Assembly (NCBI RefSeq): GCF_964355755.1
Contig: NC_092674.1
Coordinates: 20,336,001 to 20,400,000, forward strand
Reading direction: 5' to 3'
DNA length: 64,000 bases
From: Antedon mediterranea
Taxonomy: Eukaryota > Animalia > Echinodermata
Shown: piece after piece, positions 38,811 through 52,985 of the stretch
Position numbering within the stretch: position 1 is the stretch's first letter
Layout: each line of letters opens with the position of its first letter
The notes under the pieces: generated by a model
Told to the model about the DNA's origin: nothing
What the model saw: only the letters and a program-made list of their open reading frames with translations
Databases searched by the model: none
Made by a program: the position numbers and the translations under genes

Positions 38811-41088
38811 TGCGTCCAGCTCATTCCCTTTTGTGTAGCACTAGTTGTCCGGGCAACATACACCAGAAATCTTACAATTCCTGATTTTTTTAACAACAAA
38901 ACTAATTTATGATTAGAAAAAGGGTTTCCCAAATGATAATTCAGTTTCGAAAAAAAAGAGGGAGAATTACAATTTCTAATGATTGTGTTTCCTTAAAAAC
39001 ATGAACTATCGTATTGACATTTTAAAGTTGGGTAAATATATCTATTTAAATTTAATACACATTATTTCAAAATAATTTAAAAAAATATATGCCATCAAAG
39101 CTCTGAAATGAAAATTTCAATTGAAATATTAATACTGAATTAATCAGAATAATAATTCCTACAAAATTGAATATAATAGAATTACTAGCTGCATTATTGT
39201 GGGAGTATGTTTCCATACGTGTTTGATCCAAAAAAAATGATAAGGGTAATAATGTGCAGCGCATTGAGAGCTTGCTTATGTGTTATATTAAAGAATGAAC
39301 TATTTTTTATTATTGAAACATTTAAGAATTCATTTTTGTATATGTTTTTATTCCAATTCTTGGTATAGGCATAATAGTAGTATCACATTTAATGAACATA
39401 ATAATACATTTATTGTTAAAGTAGATATGTTAATAGTATCTAGTGTTATTATATAGGAACAGGATAGGAAAGGATTATGATAGGCCTAAAAATTAGAATA
39501 TATATTAAAAACAAATTAAATATTTTGATATCTCTATTATATTATGTAACAATAAGACTCACTACAGTTTGTGTACTTTTAAGCTGCGTTTACTTTTCAC
39601 GACAATGGTTATAATTTGGTGCTTAAACCATAAGAAACCTGTACTGGTTTCAATGTCATCTAAATATGGTTAGATTTCGTTATGTTTGTGTGCAAATTAC
39701 TTACTGAATAGGTCGCTAAAAAAAGAAGAAAGCACAGTGTTTACCGTTCTCAATGTTATAACAACGCGCGCATGTAAATGCTTTCAATGTCAAAATTAAA
39801 CACGCTGTTCTTATCTCACTACAATAGCTTTTCAGTCAGTTCCTAGCTTTTATTATTATGTATAACTACTATTGATCTAAATTCTACTTCAGTATTCATA
39901 GTAATTCTGAATAGGTAGCCATACGTCAAAAAGGTATTCCCCCGTTTTATAGAAGAAATGCGGGTACAAACACGATATTCGAGCAGAGGGTTCCTTGTCG
40001 TCGACGTGCGTGGCCGCGCGTGTGATTGGAAATTTAACTGATAACAAAATCACATCACACTTCCTACAGATTGATTGATTTAATTAAATAATAAATAATC
40101 TACAATTTGTTGATGTATGTTTCTACTACATTAACACCAATGTATCTTATCTTATTTATTATTTCCAATACTATATTTTGGCTCGTGCCTAGGATTGAGC
40201 TTCATAGATTATGGGCTGATAAAGTGTTATGTAGCGGATGAGGTAGACGAATGATAGGCCTATCTTAAAACCAGCTTGTAAGTGCAATGCTCTTCCGTCT
40301 TGCCCTTATCCTTGACTCCAACTTCTGGAATAATTTCTGATGGGATGCAATCAAAACAACCATTCGATAACTAGGCCTAAATTATTTTATCGGATTTTGA
40401 GTCAACTTAGGCGTAGAGATTAAACTAGATTTAAAATGTATTTATGTAAAGATAGGCCTATATTGTTCCCTGAAATCATTTAAAAACAAAATATTTACAA
40501 AAAATTAGATCGAAAAAGAATATTTTACCTGGCCATTGGCTAAATGTGACTGCTTCTTTTGTATAATAATAATAATAATAAAAAAAAAATATTTAATACA
40601 TTTTTTGGCGCGAAAATTATAAATTTATTAAACTAAAAAATGGCCAATTCAATGTTTGATTTATTCATCTTTATTTCTTTTATGTTTAACAACATTTTTA
40701 ATTACTCATTTTTAATTACTCATTTTTAATTACTCATGGTTATTGTTTGATGTATTATTTCCTTTTGGCCTATAACATTATTATGTAACAAGTCGCGCAC
40801 AACATAACAGGCCCAATGAATGCTTATTTATTTGTATTGTATTCAATAAGTTATGAAATGTTTTTCTGGCCAGTACCTCACTATTTCGCACGTCAATGTA
40901 AAAATAGTTATAGCAGAAGGTAGGCCACAGCGAGATTGTAATACTTTCCAGTAAAGGAATACATTTAAATGTACTGTCAACAAATATTATTGACGTATAC
41001 GTACCGTATTCTTTTATCTTGATTTTGCATAAATACTTATTTCACTGCCTTAAGTTCCCTTTTAATTAAAATCCCACAGTAAGTTTAA

Positions 41089-41425
41089 AGATGTATTGTA
41101 CCCCTGAAAAAATAATTCTTAACAATATTTTTTTTGTATATGTCATTTCAATGTAACATAATATCCACTTTGACCAAAAATTGGATCGGAAAAAACATGT
41201 ATTTACCTGAAAAACTGTAATAATTTAAAGCAAAAAATTGTCAAATTGGCTGCCAGTCAATGGGTTTTTGGTTGAATTTTACCATTTGTTTTGTTACCGG
41301 TATTTTATACATGAAACCATTATTTTTTTATATATTTTTTTCTACGGAAGTGATTAAATTTATTACAAAAAAATGTCTCATTTATTTAATCTTCATTTTT
41401 CATGTTTTTGGGGGACAATACATCT
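41089..41425. mobile_element. Kolobok-like non-autonomous DNA transposon (337 bp)
   Basis: TTAA target duplication (41085-41088, 41426-41429) and TIRs AGATGTATTGT(A/C)CCCC starting with purine-purine. Internal sequence recurs at about 16.7-16.95 kb. Confidence 0.75.
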
Positions 41426-43787
41426 TTAAGTTATACCCTAAAACAAGTATGCAACGATACCATTACAAGGTGAAAAAGATTTCCCGGCTTACCTTTGAAA
41501 TTACCCCTTATTCATCGCTGATCGTAACTTGTTGCCAGCAGCTAATCAAGCCTATTGTCTTAGGAAGATCGGATTTCGAAACAATACAACAAATTCTACA
41601 GCTGTATAATGACAAATAACGAGGTACATCGATTTGTTCTAACACGTCACACACCCAATTTACACTCACACCATCATTTGAATAATTGGACAGACAGTGC
41701 AATGCGGGTCAAGTGTGAATAACATATTCGGGCGCACAAAAATTGGCGGGAATGTTAATTAATTGTCTGCTTAAAGAAACTTATAGATCATTTTTTACAG
41801 ACGAGCAGACGAATCTGAAATTAGTAGTGCGTGTATTTGAATATACCTCGTAGTAAATGATTCTTTTGGTCGGTGAACAAAATTCAAATTGTAATCAGTC
41901 ATTGCATGTTTAAAACAATCGTAACAGCAGACGATTGTTGTGATAGCGGTATTGATACATTATTTAGCCTAGAAATTCGTCGACGTAACCGAGAGGCGTC
42001 ATTGAAAAGAAATTCTACCTCTCTATGTTGACAAACACTTGTGTAACCGACAAATTAAAAATTCATCGCGTGCGACAGTAGAAATTCGGCGAACGGTCTT
42101 AGACGAATAATAATTTCAAGAATAATTATTTACTTTCATCTTGTATCATGTAATTCCAATAAATAGCCTACGACAAACATTATTATAAGTGACACTCATT
42201 CTACATCTATGTTCCTACCAGGATAACCAAAACGGCTGTTACGGCACTGCTACTTAATATTAACATTAGTGGAAAACACAAACACATATGTTTACTTATA
42301 AAAGCATATGAAAATGAAACAAAACAATGAATTTAAGATTAGTATTCAACCCCTACAATGAATATCTGTTTGGTATGCGGTGTTTGCATTTCCGTTAACT
42401 TACAATATATGGCATCGTACCTGGCAACAGGTACTTAATTATAACAAACAGAAAATACAAGTTATAATAGTAAAAGCCCAGCTGTTAAACGGTGTTGCTA
42501 ACTAGCCTAGATACGTAAACTAATATCGTCGAGGCAAAGTAGCGGATTTTAAAATTAGGGGTCGGGGCGAGGACCTTTATAATTTGGAAATTATGTGATT
42601 AATTAACAAATTTCCTATCTTTTTTATTTACAATTCATAAATTGAGGGGATAGGCTGCCGATATGCAGTGTAATATAATATTTATATTGAGCTACAGGGT
42701 GGCAAATAACCATAGATATCCGAGCAACATCGATGTAGTGACGTCAATTTATGGTACCAAACTGTGAGAATGTTTATCTAAAGGTGGACAATAATGGCTA
42801 GAGACCGAAGTGTATAATGTACATTTAAATAACAATATTTTAAACTCCATTAAATCTCCATTACGCTCTTCTTAAAATCCGCTTTGTTATTTTGTTACTT
42901 GAACATCAAGCCGGACCCTTTTGTTTTATCTAATTATCACACTTACTATGTGCCAAAGTTCTGAGCAGTATGATGATACAATATCTTTTATATTTACTTT
43001 CGTTCAAACTTTCAACTTCAACGCGATCTTATCTGTTAACGGTACACTGTTAAATAAATACGTACTGCAGGCGGCAATTGTTGATAGTATGTCTTATTGT
43101 TTTAGCCCTAATGACATTCCTCAATAACACAGGCTTACTTAATAATATAAAAATGCATGATTTATATGGCAAAATTAAATAGAGGCCAACTCGTAATTAA
43201 TAGCATCACACAACGTGTAATAGGGATTGGTTGTATTGTTGCATAGGCATCCCCTTGTTTGTTTAACAAATAAGTTCCGCTCCTTAATATGACGTCCAAA
43301 AGGAGGGTTCGACTCTATGTCTTAATTAGGCTTAAAATAAGGTATTTATTTATATATTGTGGTAACACAGTGTTCACAAATATAAATTATATTTTGTTCT
43401 AATAACATGCCAAATACACTGCATGTTATAGTGTTGTCATGGTTACTAGGTATAGCAGGAGAATGTTTCTGAAACAACACGTGATGCGCGTTTTTAAACA
43501 TTATGCTTGATTACCCACGGTGTCTTATAGTCCTACAACGGTACAATAACTGGTTACAGGACAATGTTTCTTTACATAAACACATGTAACGCAACATCGC
43601 GTCAAGTAAACATATCTCGAAAACGCGATATTGCGTTACGTAAAATATTCTCACCGCAATTTAGCGTTTTCTCGTTAATTTAAGCAAGATAGTCTAGCTA
43701 GGTATTTGATATTGCAAATAATAATTGATTCATCTTTCATTAATATGATTAAGTTGTTTGATGATCAAAGTGGCATCATAGTGCTCC

Positions 43788-44547
43788 TCATATTGTATCT
43801 TCATCATCATCATCATCATCATTATTATCATGATCATGATCGTCAGTATCATCATCATTAGCATCACAAACCACCATCACTATCACCATCATCAACATCA
43901 TCATTACCATCATCACCACCATCAACAACATCATCATCGCCATCACCTTCACCACCATCAACATCATCATCACACCATACCACCATCAATATCGTCATCA
44001 TCAACAACATCATCATCATCACCACCACCACCACCATTAACATCATCATCACACCATACCACCATCAACATCTTCATCATCAACAAAATCATCTCATCAT
44101 CATCACCACCACCATCAACATCATCTTCACACCATACCACCATCAATATCGTCATTATCAACAACATCATCATCATCATCATCACCACTACCTCCAACAA
44201 TATCATCATTATCATCACCACCTCCATCATCGTCATCATCATAATCACCATCATCATCACCACATCATTAACATCATTACCACCTCTATCATCATCGTCA
44301 TCATTCATCATCACCACCATACCACCATCAACATCTTCATCGTCATCATCAACATCATCAATATCATCCCTACATCCATCATCATCACCACCACCACCTC
44401 CAATATCATCCCTACATCCATCATCATCACCACCACCACCTCCAACATCATCATCATCATCATCACCACCACAGCATTGTCATCATCAACATCGTCGTTA
44501 TCATCATCATCAACATCACCATCATTATCATCATCATCACCACCATC
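43788..44547. repeat. Degenerate (CAT/CAC/CAA)n trinucleotide low-complexity tract, about 760 bp
   Basis: Imperfect CAT/CAC repeats with internal re-duplications (e.g. CCAATATCATCCCTACATCCATCATCATCACCACCACCACCT-like blocks). It explains the poly-H/S/I/M/D ORFs in the track. Confidence 0.95.
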
Positions 44548-45969
44548 TTCTTCTTCTTAAATTATGTTTTGAATTATGAAAACATACAGGTGACAGGCAG
44601 TTCAATATTATACTGTAAATTTTACAATATTGATGTTATATTGTTTAATTAATTCATTTTGTGCGTTCTACAAGGCAGTGCGATGTATATGGATCGATAG
44701 AGCTTGTGTTGCCTTTGGTCGTGAGCGCACACGCTTAGGCGGGACTCGCATTCATTTCCGCCACCTGCCTCCGACGACAAAATTAGAAATACAGACGACT
44801 TCTTAACGGAATCCTACATTCACAATTTGTTATGTTTTTTTGGACTCATGTTTGAAACGTTTAGATGTGAAATAAACACGCGTTTTAATTTTAGAAAGTT
44901 GTAGGCATATACAACACATGATTTTAACAAATATTAATTTTCGTAAAATACCGAATCTTATATGTTATCGAGATTGACAATTGTCGTAAGAAAGTATAGA
45001 CCTACACAAAATTGGTTCATATTATTCATGCATAAAACATATCGTCCTTCTAAATTGATTGTTTATCGAAGCTAGATTGATCACATCCGTAGTGGTAGTT
45101 CCATAAGACCAAGCTTAAACTTTTGGATATGTGACAATTCGGTTAGGCCATATATAGAGTAACGTGTTGGCCAGGCGTAGATTATTTGATAGGAGCACAA
45201 CAAAAGCAATTTAATAGCAGATGAACCGACTAGTACTTCCGGCAGGCGAATCGGCACGCGAATGCTGGGTTCAACCCCAGCTACAGACGTACTGCCAAGG
45301 ATTAAAACGCTTCTGGTGTCAACACCACAATAAATATCGATAACTTCCTCTAATGTCTAAACGCAAGCTAGTTACCTACTGGTAAAGATATCTATCTAAG
45401 CACCTTGTATCTATGTACATCCGTCAATAGGATATACCATTCGGCCAAGGAAACCCGCTCAGCACCCAGGAGCGATGGCTCCTGTGCGACTCCCTTTCCG
45501 CTAAACTTACAGCAATTCCATAAATTAGTATCAATGTTATTATACAGCCTATTATATTACAAACAAGCTACTGATATAATTGTTAGGTAATTGAGGCCGT
45601 CCTAACAGCAATATTACCGAAAATAGAATTGTTTTGTATTATTAAGAATGTAATAATATTTTATCAAAATTAGTTTCAGTAAATTAAAGACACACTTCTA
45701 TTCTAAACGGTCAACACATTTAATTTTATAGCTATATTAAAATATAGAAAACATGATAATAAATAAAGAATATTGTTAAAATGTTATCAATCTTCTGTTT
45801 TTTTTTTATTAACAAAAACACGTAGTTCACCACCGATGTATTGTCGGATGTTAGTCAAAATAAAGTAGGCCTACTTGGGCCTACTGTACGTATTTACAAA
45901 ATAATATTTAAAAAAAACCGGCTACTGTGTTTCAAAGGAGTTGTTGTTTAAGTTACGCTCCGATTAGGA

Positions 45970-46110
45970 AAGTATACATAATCCTGACGATGCGGCCACT
46001 CAGTCACGAATACATGAGCGCACTAAGATGTAAAGTATGGCTTGCTTCTGGGCAGGTGTGTTTCCGAGCATATCTGTACACTATTAAGGATGTTCTTCCT
46101 GTCACCACCA
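45970..46110 (+). pseudogene. Possible relic of a Ty3/gypsy integrase zinc-binding (H2C2) region
   Basis: Frame with stops, ERTKM*SMACFWAGVFPSISVHY*GCSSCH. W (46049), G, I at +7, C at +14 and C at +17 match the W-P-G-x4-I-x6-C-x2-C spacing. No integrase core or LTR was found. Confidence 0.3.
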
Positions 46111-48386
46111 ATAACCTTAATACCTCGATGCTAGATGCCTTAAACAGACCACAAGCACCGGAACTTCTGTTGTTCCGAGATCCTATCTACAAGATGAATT
46201 GGATGTTTTTCTTGACGACCTTCGTCGTAGCCTTGATGAGCGTAACCCCTCCTCAATGCCACTGCCCCACGCTTAATCTTGAACTTTCCAGCTACTGAAT
46301 ATCGCTATTTGTCTCATTCTGCCCAATTTACACCACCTGTTAAAGTTTTCAAATTCGTGCGGTTACATAGAAACGCCGGTCTCTTCTTTGAAGATATTTA
46401 TATAATTGTTGTATCTAAATTTACAAACTTTTGTTTTTATGTATTTACCAAGAACAATGCAGAGAAAAACAAAATTGGAATAATATTAGTTTTGCTCTCA
46501 ATGGTTCAGGTTGGTTGCGTATGAAACTGTGGAATGTCGGTATAGGTTTAAAAAAATACTACGTAAGAGATTTGTTGATATCGTCGTAATGTTTCTACGA
46601 TGAAGTATATTGTTTATACAGTTGGTCTCTATAAAAACCGTTTTCTTGAAAATGGTTTAAACGTGAAATACACATTCTGTTTATTTTGTTACTATACTTT
46701 AATGTTACTGAACATTGTAGGCCTACATCATCGAAATGATCATGAGAGTCCTTTTGTAGGTTTTCTACCGAAATAGATTTTAACTAAATGGTTTTATGGT
46801 GCAAAGTACATCTACAAGAGGTATTTCACTAATTTAGAACAACTGACAAAAATGTTTGTTTTGTCACAACGTCGTGTATTGAGTCCTTTTGGAGATGAAT
46901 ACATGAGGAGATGAAATTGATGATAAGTACCGGCAGGTATTAAGGAAAATATAAACTTGATGTAGTCTAAATTTGACAAAAACGTAGATTTGAACAACAT
47001 ACTGAAGATAAGTGTTCACACAATCAGTGACTAAAATATGTCAGGTGATTTATTTAAATCAACATGATGCTTATTAGAAACAGAAACTTTAAAACTGTTG
47101 ACAAATGCTTGCGAATAACAAATAATACACTAATTAAAAATTGCGAACTTAGAGATCCCTACTCCGACAGGTATACAAAGGAGGAAGACAAACAGGTCAG
47201 AGACTATGTAACCGTTGTCAGAGTAGGAAGCCTAATATGTTCCAAAATTCCTAACATGTTCCACAATTATCAACAATTTTCATATTCATTGATACCACAT
47301 GATAATTGTATTTGTTTACTCGTCGTTGTGTTACCGAAAACAAAAATTAAAAGTGTAGGTAGTGTTTCACCATGAAGAATAACATGTTACTCTTCCTTGG
47401 TTTCACATTTATCAAGCCTTCCGCATTTCATATTTCATCAATAATCAATTCAAATCAATACCAATATGGGTGACTCACCAATTTTTACTTTCACAGCACT
47501 TCAAATGTATGGATATCTGAAATAAAACAAAAATAGAACAGTTCCATCATGATTTTTCACTAAATTAATATATATAATAGAAAATTCAGAAAATTTATCC
47601 TTTTCCAAATTCAAAATCGGAACTTAAAACGTTAATATAATCCACTAAATGTATTCAATCATGCACATTTCAATGCTAATTAGGTACTTTTATATTTTAT
47701 TTCATTGCGGATGATCTAATACAGTCCAACCTCATTTCAATATTTTCTATAGTAACAGTGAAATCGGTTGAGACATACTGCAATGTTTACGATTTTCCAA
47801 ACAGTTTTTCTATTCTTTTATAAATTCAACTGCAAAACAAAGTCATTTATTTGTTTTATTCATTTTTAATTGTTTAATAGATGGTTAATAAATAAACATG
47901 AGTAATAATATAATAAAAAGATAATAATATAATAGGAATATAATATTTAATATTATTATTCTTATATATCTTATAAATTAACACAATATTCTCAATATCA
48001 ATTTTGATTAAGAGATTAAGATTTTGACTTCGATAATATAAGTATTTAATTAACATTTGCATATTAAATTGTGTGATATTAAATTTATCAGTAACCAGGG
48101 TTTATTTCAAAAAGTAGATTTCTATAACATATTCTTTCTATTAAGTTTCTATTTATAGTGTTAAAAAACTGATTTTCTGTTATGTTATTTTACATTTATC
48201 TTACTTTAGAGTCAATCTTAAAATAATATGTTGTACAGTACGTTGTTTGATTGGGGTATTGTCCGGTAATCTAATTATGTGTCCATACCATTTTAGTCTC
48301 CTTCATTTAGTTCTTTTACTCCATTCTTCTTGTTTTGTCATCTCGTAAATTATTATTATTATTATTATTATATAATCAAACAAACA

Positions 48387-48590
48387 ATGAGGGAAACTAA
48401 CAGGAAAGTAAAACGACCCGTAGGAAGACCAAGAAATAACTGACATGGATGAACCAAATAAAGAAAGACTTACAAGGACATGTATACACTAACACAATAA
48501 CAAACCATCCTGACATAAACAGACAAACATGGAAACAAATTGTGGAAAGGGTAATGTCGGAAAACGGAAAACGTTAAGAAGAAGAAGAAG
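48387..48590 (+). mobile_element. 5'-truncated RTE-clade LINE, 3' end
   Basis: With one frameshift it translates as RKVKRPVGRPR / TWMNQIKKDLQ...NRQTWKQIVERVMSENGKR*, matching the RTE C-terminal pattern (RP.GRPR..W...I..DL ... R..W...V). A (GAA)n tail follows the stop immediately. Confidence 0.75.
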
Positions 48591-49953
48591 ACTGTAACTG
48601 AATTTACACCCTGTCCTACCCTGTAAACTTTGAAGGAATTATAATCGTTTAAGTAGACATTTCACCAGTATTAATGGTAGAGTTCTATCGCTATATTTCT
48701 TTCTGTTTTAAAATGATCAGTTACGTTGGCCAATTATTTCTCATCAAATATTTGTTGATAAACAGAGTTATCTATACATCGGGTTTTGACCTGGTAGTCC
48801 GAGGTCAACATTTTACTCTTTATGAATTATATTATTTCAAGTTGACTACAACTATTGATGAGCCAGGAATTAAATTCTTCGACTCGAAACAATGTATAGA
48901 AATGTGAATAGTCAATGAACTTGTGGAACAAAAGCCTTTGAAACAACTGCTATTGTACATTTACTAAACACCTATTGTTACATGGCGGTTTAATTGTGGC
49001 AGTATAAAAATGGTATGGGGATTGCCTGACCTTGTAGTAGAGTCATATACAAAAATACACAAACGTGGGAAGAAAGGTTCTGTAGTACGACTAGACTGGC
49101 CATTCATGTCGCCTTTTGATGGGACTAAATCAGTTATGTATAAACTCTATAGTCCAGTGTTACCATAACCGTTTGAAAGACAAATACAAGGGGTTTTCTC
49201 GCTTTTGTTTCACTACAATGTGTTGTTAAACAGTAGTGAAAAGTAGCTAGACGTATGATAACAACAAACAACCAAAACACAATAAATTTTAGAAATTCAT
49301 TGACTAATAGATTATGAACAAAAGAGTGAGAGATTGGGGAAGCCCTTTTGGTATGAATTGTGATAATACTTAGTGTGTTTATATCACAACATAATAATAG
49401 AAGTATCTCAATAGTTTTGTAATGGAAATAATGTGTACTTTGCGCTCTCTTTACACAATGGCCGTTGTTGTATAATCATAATATATTGACACCGATCCAT
49501 AATAAAATAATGGTGGACTTTATACTGGTGTCTGAGATTAAGTATCGGTATTTATACCCGTCATCGTATGATAATAAATTTCGAGGATTTCTGGATTAAG
49601 TTATCTACAACTATTATGACTTTTGTAACCGAGAGTAAACATGTCTATATAAGATTGTTTGTCATTTGAGTCTGAATATGTCGATCATAAAAGGAAATTA
49701 ATCATCAAGTATATTTCGAAATATGGAAAAAACACTGAATTGATAATTTATCATTCATAACAATTATTTAGGTTTAACTTTAACTAACCAAAAACAATAT
49801 TGGATTGAAGATTTGATTATGGACAATGAATAGGTGTATAGAAATATTTAAGGCCCTGCCCATTAAAATTATAACGTTATTTCGTTTATTTACAGGATAA
49901 CACATACTGATTTAAACCCCGTTTAAAATCAAAATTTAAAAAAAATAGGTAAT

Positions 49954-49985
49954 CAGGAAGAGTTTAACACTTTCACTCTTTCCTG
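49954..49985. mobile_element. Shortened palindromic micro-element, copy C
   Basis: CAGGAAGAGT-TTAACACTTTC-ACTCTTTCCTG. Confidence 0.5.
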
Positions 49986-51776
49986 CTTTGAAACAATTAG
50001 TTAAAGTATTACACTTTCCCGATAGAGGGCTTTAGGTTGTTTTTGAATACACGCAGGGTTATAATAATATTATAATTACTTATTAAATTCTTACAAAGAT
50101 AACAATCTGTAAATAATATAGGCCAGAATTATTGCATAATAGTAGGCCTACTATATTATAACTCTGATGTGTCAGAATTTCAGGTATTCTAAATACCCCT
50201 ACAGGCTTGAGTTGGTATACCTAGGCCTATACGTTATGGATACCGCATACAAAAAAAACGTATTATTAGGCAAAATGTTTTTAAAAATTAATTTTAAATA
50301 ATATCACAATATGAAATCTTTGCTGGAAGCAAATTTGTGGATACCATTTCTTTAAAATTTCACCAACAGTTAATTATTTGTTATGATGAGCTATTAATTA
50401 TTATTTGTACGTAGTATACTAATTATTTTAAAGATATAAAGTTGTCATTATATGTATAAAATGCTAAAAATAACTCATACAGTGAATATAAGCGCAAAAA
50501 TAACATCATTGTCATGCTTCTTCCACTTTCATTATGTGGAACACGCTGTTAACGTTTACATTTACAAAAGAAATTGTGAGACGCTTGTTAAAGTCTATAG
50601 TTTGCCTATTCAGTTATATTGAATAAGAACACAGACATTTTATCTGATCGATTTATCATATGTAACAACAGTGTTAGTAACTTATAGGCTATAGTAAAAT
50701 AGTTTACATATATAATGTAAAATTATTAGGCGTAAGTATTCGCAAAACCGTAGATTTATGAAATTTGCTTATCGAAGTTTTTGAAAAAGAGTTGATTGGA
50801 AGAAAATAGTGAAATAAGAGGGAAATTATAAGCTGAGAGAAAATCCCGATTTAACAATATCTCAACTTGTATAAACAGTACATACATAGTATGATGTGTT
50901 AAATGAATTGTAATGGATCGTAAATATAATGTTAAAACGTATAGGCCTAATAATCAATTTTTGTTTTATAGGCCTAAGTTGATTATATTCCATTGTGGTA
51001 ACTTATGTCGTAACACCTTTAAAATTGGAAAATAAAATAATTAAAGTAAAAATCATAGTTCATATTATACATAAGTGTTACCTCAAATAGCAGAAAAAAA
51101 TACGATTGAATTAATATTCTTATTATCAATTATCGATAACTGATTTCTTTCACGTATTATTTTGCTACAGGCCTATATTATATAACGTTACTGTGATGAA
51201 CACCTTTTGTGTAATTATTGTTGTAATTATATGTAAATCCTTTTACTGGTATAATATTTTAGAATAATTATATTGTCAATAGATAAAGGTATTCGAATTC
51301 CGTACCCGTATGTGATTTAATGAATTCGTTTGCGTTACTAAATATGTAATGAAACATTTGTTATTTATGCTTTAGGCTAAATTTTGTCTGTAACATGTAA
51401 CCTATATTCGATGTGGTTATCATTTACATTAAATCTATCTTATACTATAAACATAATGTAAATGCTTATGCAAATAGGATATATTTTGATAAATGTTATT
51501 ACAGGGCAATTAAGCAATAATCTCACTTGGATTTGAAACAATAGAATCAAATTAGTCAAACATTGGCACCAGCCACTAACCACTGTAGTTTTGAAGTTGT
51601 TTATAAAAGTATATATATATTAACTCCATTACCCATAGCTTTCACGATAATATCCACAATACTATTTTCAAGACCATAGTAAGTTGTTGATAGACAAAAG
51701 TTAGACTTTACTCGCACATTGCCGTACATGTGGAACTTAAAATATATCTTTTTTGTAGTATCTAGAAAAATATGCA

Positions 51777-52045
51777 AAACTTCATAATGAAATGCTAATG
51801 ATATTAATTTAATTCAAATAAATTCAACAAAAATTGAATACAATTCGACAAACTGTTATGATACCTAACACAAAAAAAGAAAGGAAATAATTGGATTTTT
51901 TAAATATACAAACTTCCTAATGAAATGCTAGTGATATTAATTTAATTTAATTCAAATAAATTCAACAAACATTGAATACAATTCAACAAACTGCCCATTA
52001 TGATACATAACACAAAAAAGACAAGAAATCTATTGGATTGGATTT
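51777..52045. repeat. Diverged tandem duplication, about 133 bp x2
   Basis: AAACTTC.TAATGAAATGCTA.TGATATTAATTTAATT...ACACAAAAAA...TTGGATT at 51777 and 51910. Confidence 0.85.
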
Positions 52046-52457
52046 AAATTTGTAAATGAAGAGATTTAAGGGAGGTCCTAAACTTCAGGTGCACCTTACA
52101 TACTCTATGACAATAATAATAATAATAAAAATAATAATAGGCCGAATAATACTGGAAAAACTACGAAATACGATGAACAAGATAGAAATAGATAGAAATT
52201 AAAGAGCAGTAGGATTAGGGAAGTTCTAAGCTGTATTACATTAATTATGAATTGTTCAATACGGACGAATTTTAACGATCATTTAGAATGCATTTCCTAT
52301 GAGTATGAACAACCATCCAAGGCCTTTATAAAGTAATATTGATGTTAATAGCCATGGTGACATGAAGCAGAAAGATATTAATACAAGACGATTATGCCTA
52401 TTGTTATACTTTGAGATATTCAAACAAGTCATTTCAGATAAGGTTATAATGTTAAAA

Positions 52458-52498
52458 CAGGAAATAGTGAAATTACATTGTAATTTCATTCTTCCCTG
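52458..52498. mobile_element. 41-bp palindromic micro-element, copy D
   Basis: CAGGAAATAGTGAAATTACA-T-TGTAATTTCATTCTTCCCTG. Confidence 0.7.
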
Positions 52499-52577
52499 GT
52501 AACAGCAATTATTTTATGTGAAATGTTTGGTTTAGTATCGGTTGGTCATAAAAACCTGATGAAACTACAGCAGGAAT

Positions 52578-52985
52578 GTATTGGTCAATAATCCAATCGG
52601 AAAGTATATGTGAGTTGATATAATCAACTTTTAGCAACGTCTTAAAGAGATGTTCCAAAACATAACTATATGCGCAAATTAGCATAATGACACAGGTGGA
52701 GATTGCTTAAAGTACTTCTTCATTTATGTACTAAAACTTATGAAACTATACATAAGTTAATGGAAAGTACGGTTCAATAACAACTCCCTGGTTCAATCAT
52801 GCATTTGGAAAGTATGTAATTAGAAGCGTCTTAAAGAAACGTTGGCTACAAATATAAATATACGCGCAAATCAGAATAATACCATAGGCCTATATGGAGA
52901 TTTCTTACATCTTCATTTATGTATCCCAAACCTATGAAACTAGATATAAGTTGTAAAGGTATTGAATAATAATCCGATTGGATTG
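52578..52985. repeat. Old tandem duplication, about 190-200 bp x2
   Basis: Repeated blocks CGTCTTAAAGA, GCGCAAAT, TGGAGATT, TCTTCATTTATGTA and TATGAAACTA.A.ATAAGTT in the same order at ~52640-52760 and ~52828-52951. Confidence 0.75.

Noticed and set aside
43788-44579. 249-aa His/Ser/Ile-rich ORF and overlapping Met/Asp-rich ORFs
   Set aside because: Stop-free frames are a by-product of the (CAT/CAC)n tract on both strands; no domain is present.
45983-46015. Second hammerhead (CTGACGA...CGAAT)
   Set aside because: Core is GAAU rather than GAAA, stem II is mismatched and stem I is absent. Other CTGATGA hits (25174, 52556, 57805, 59666) also lack the stems.
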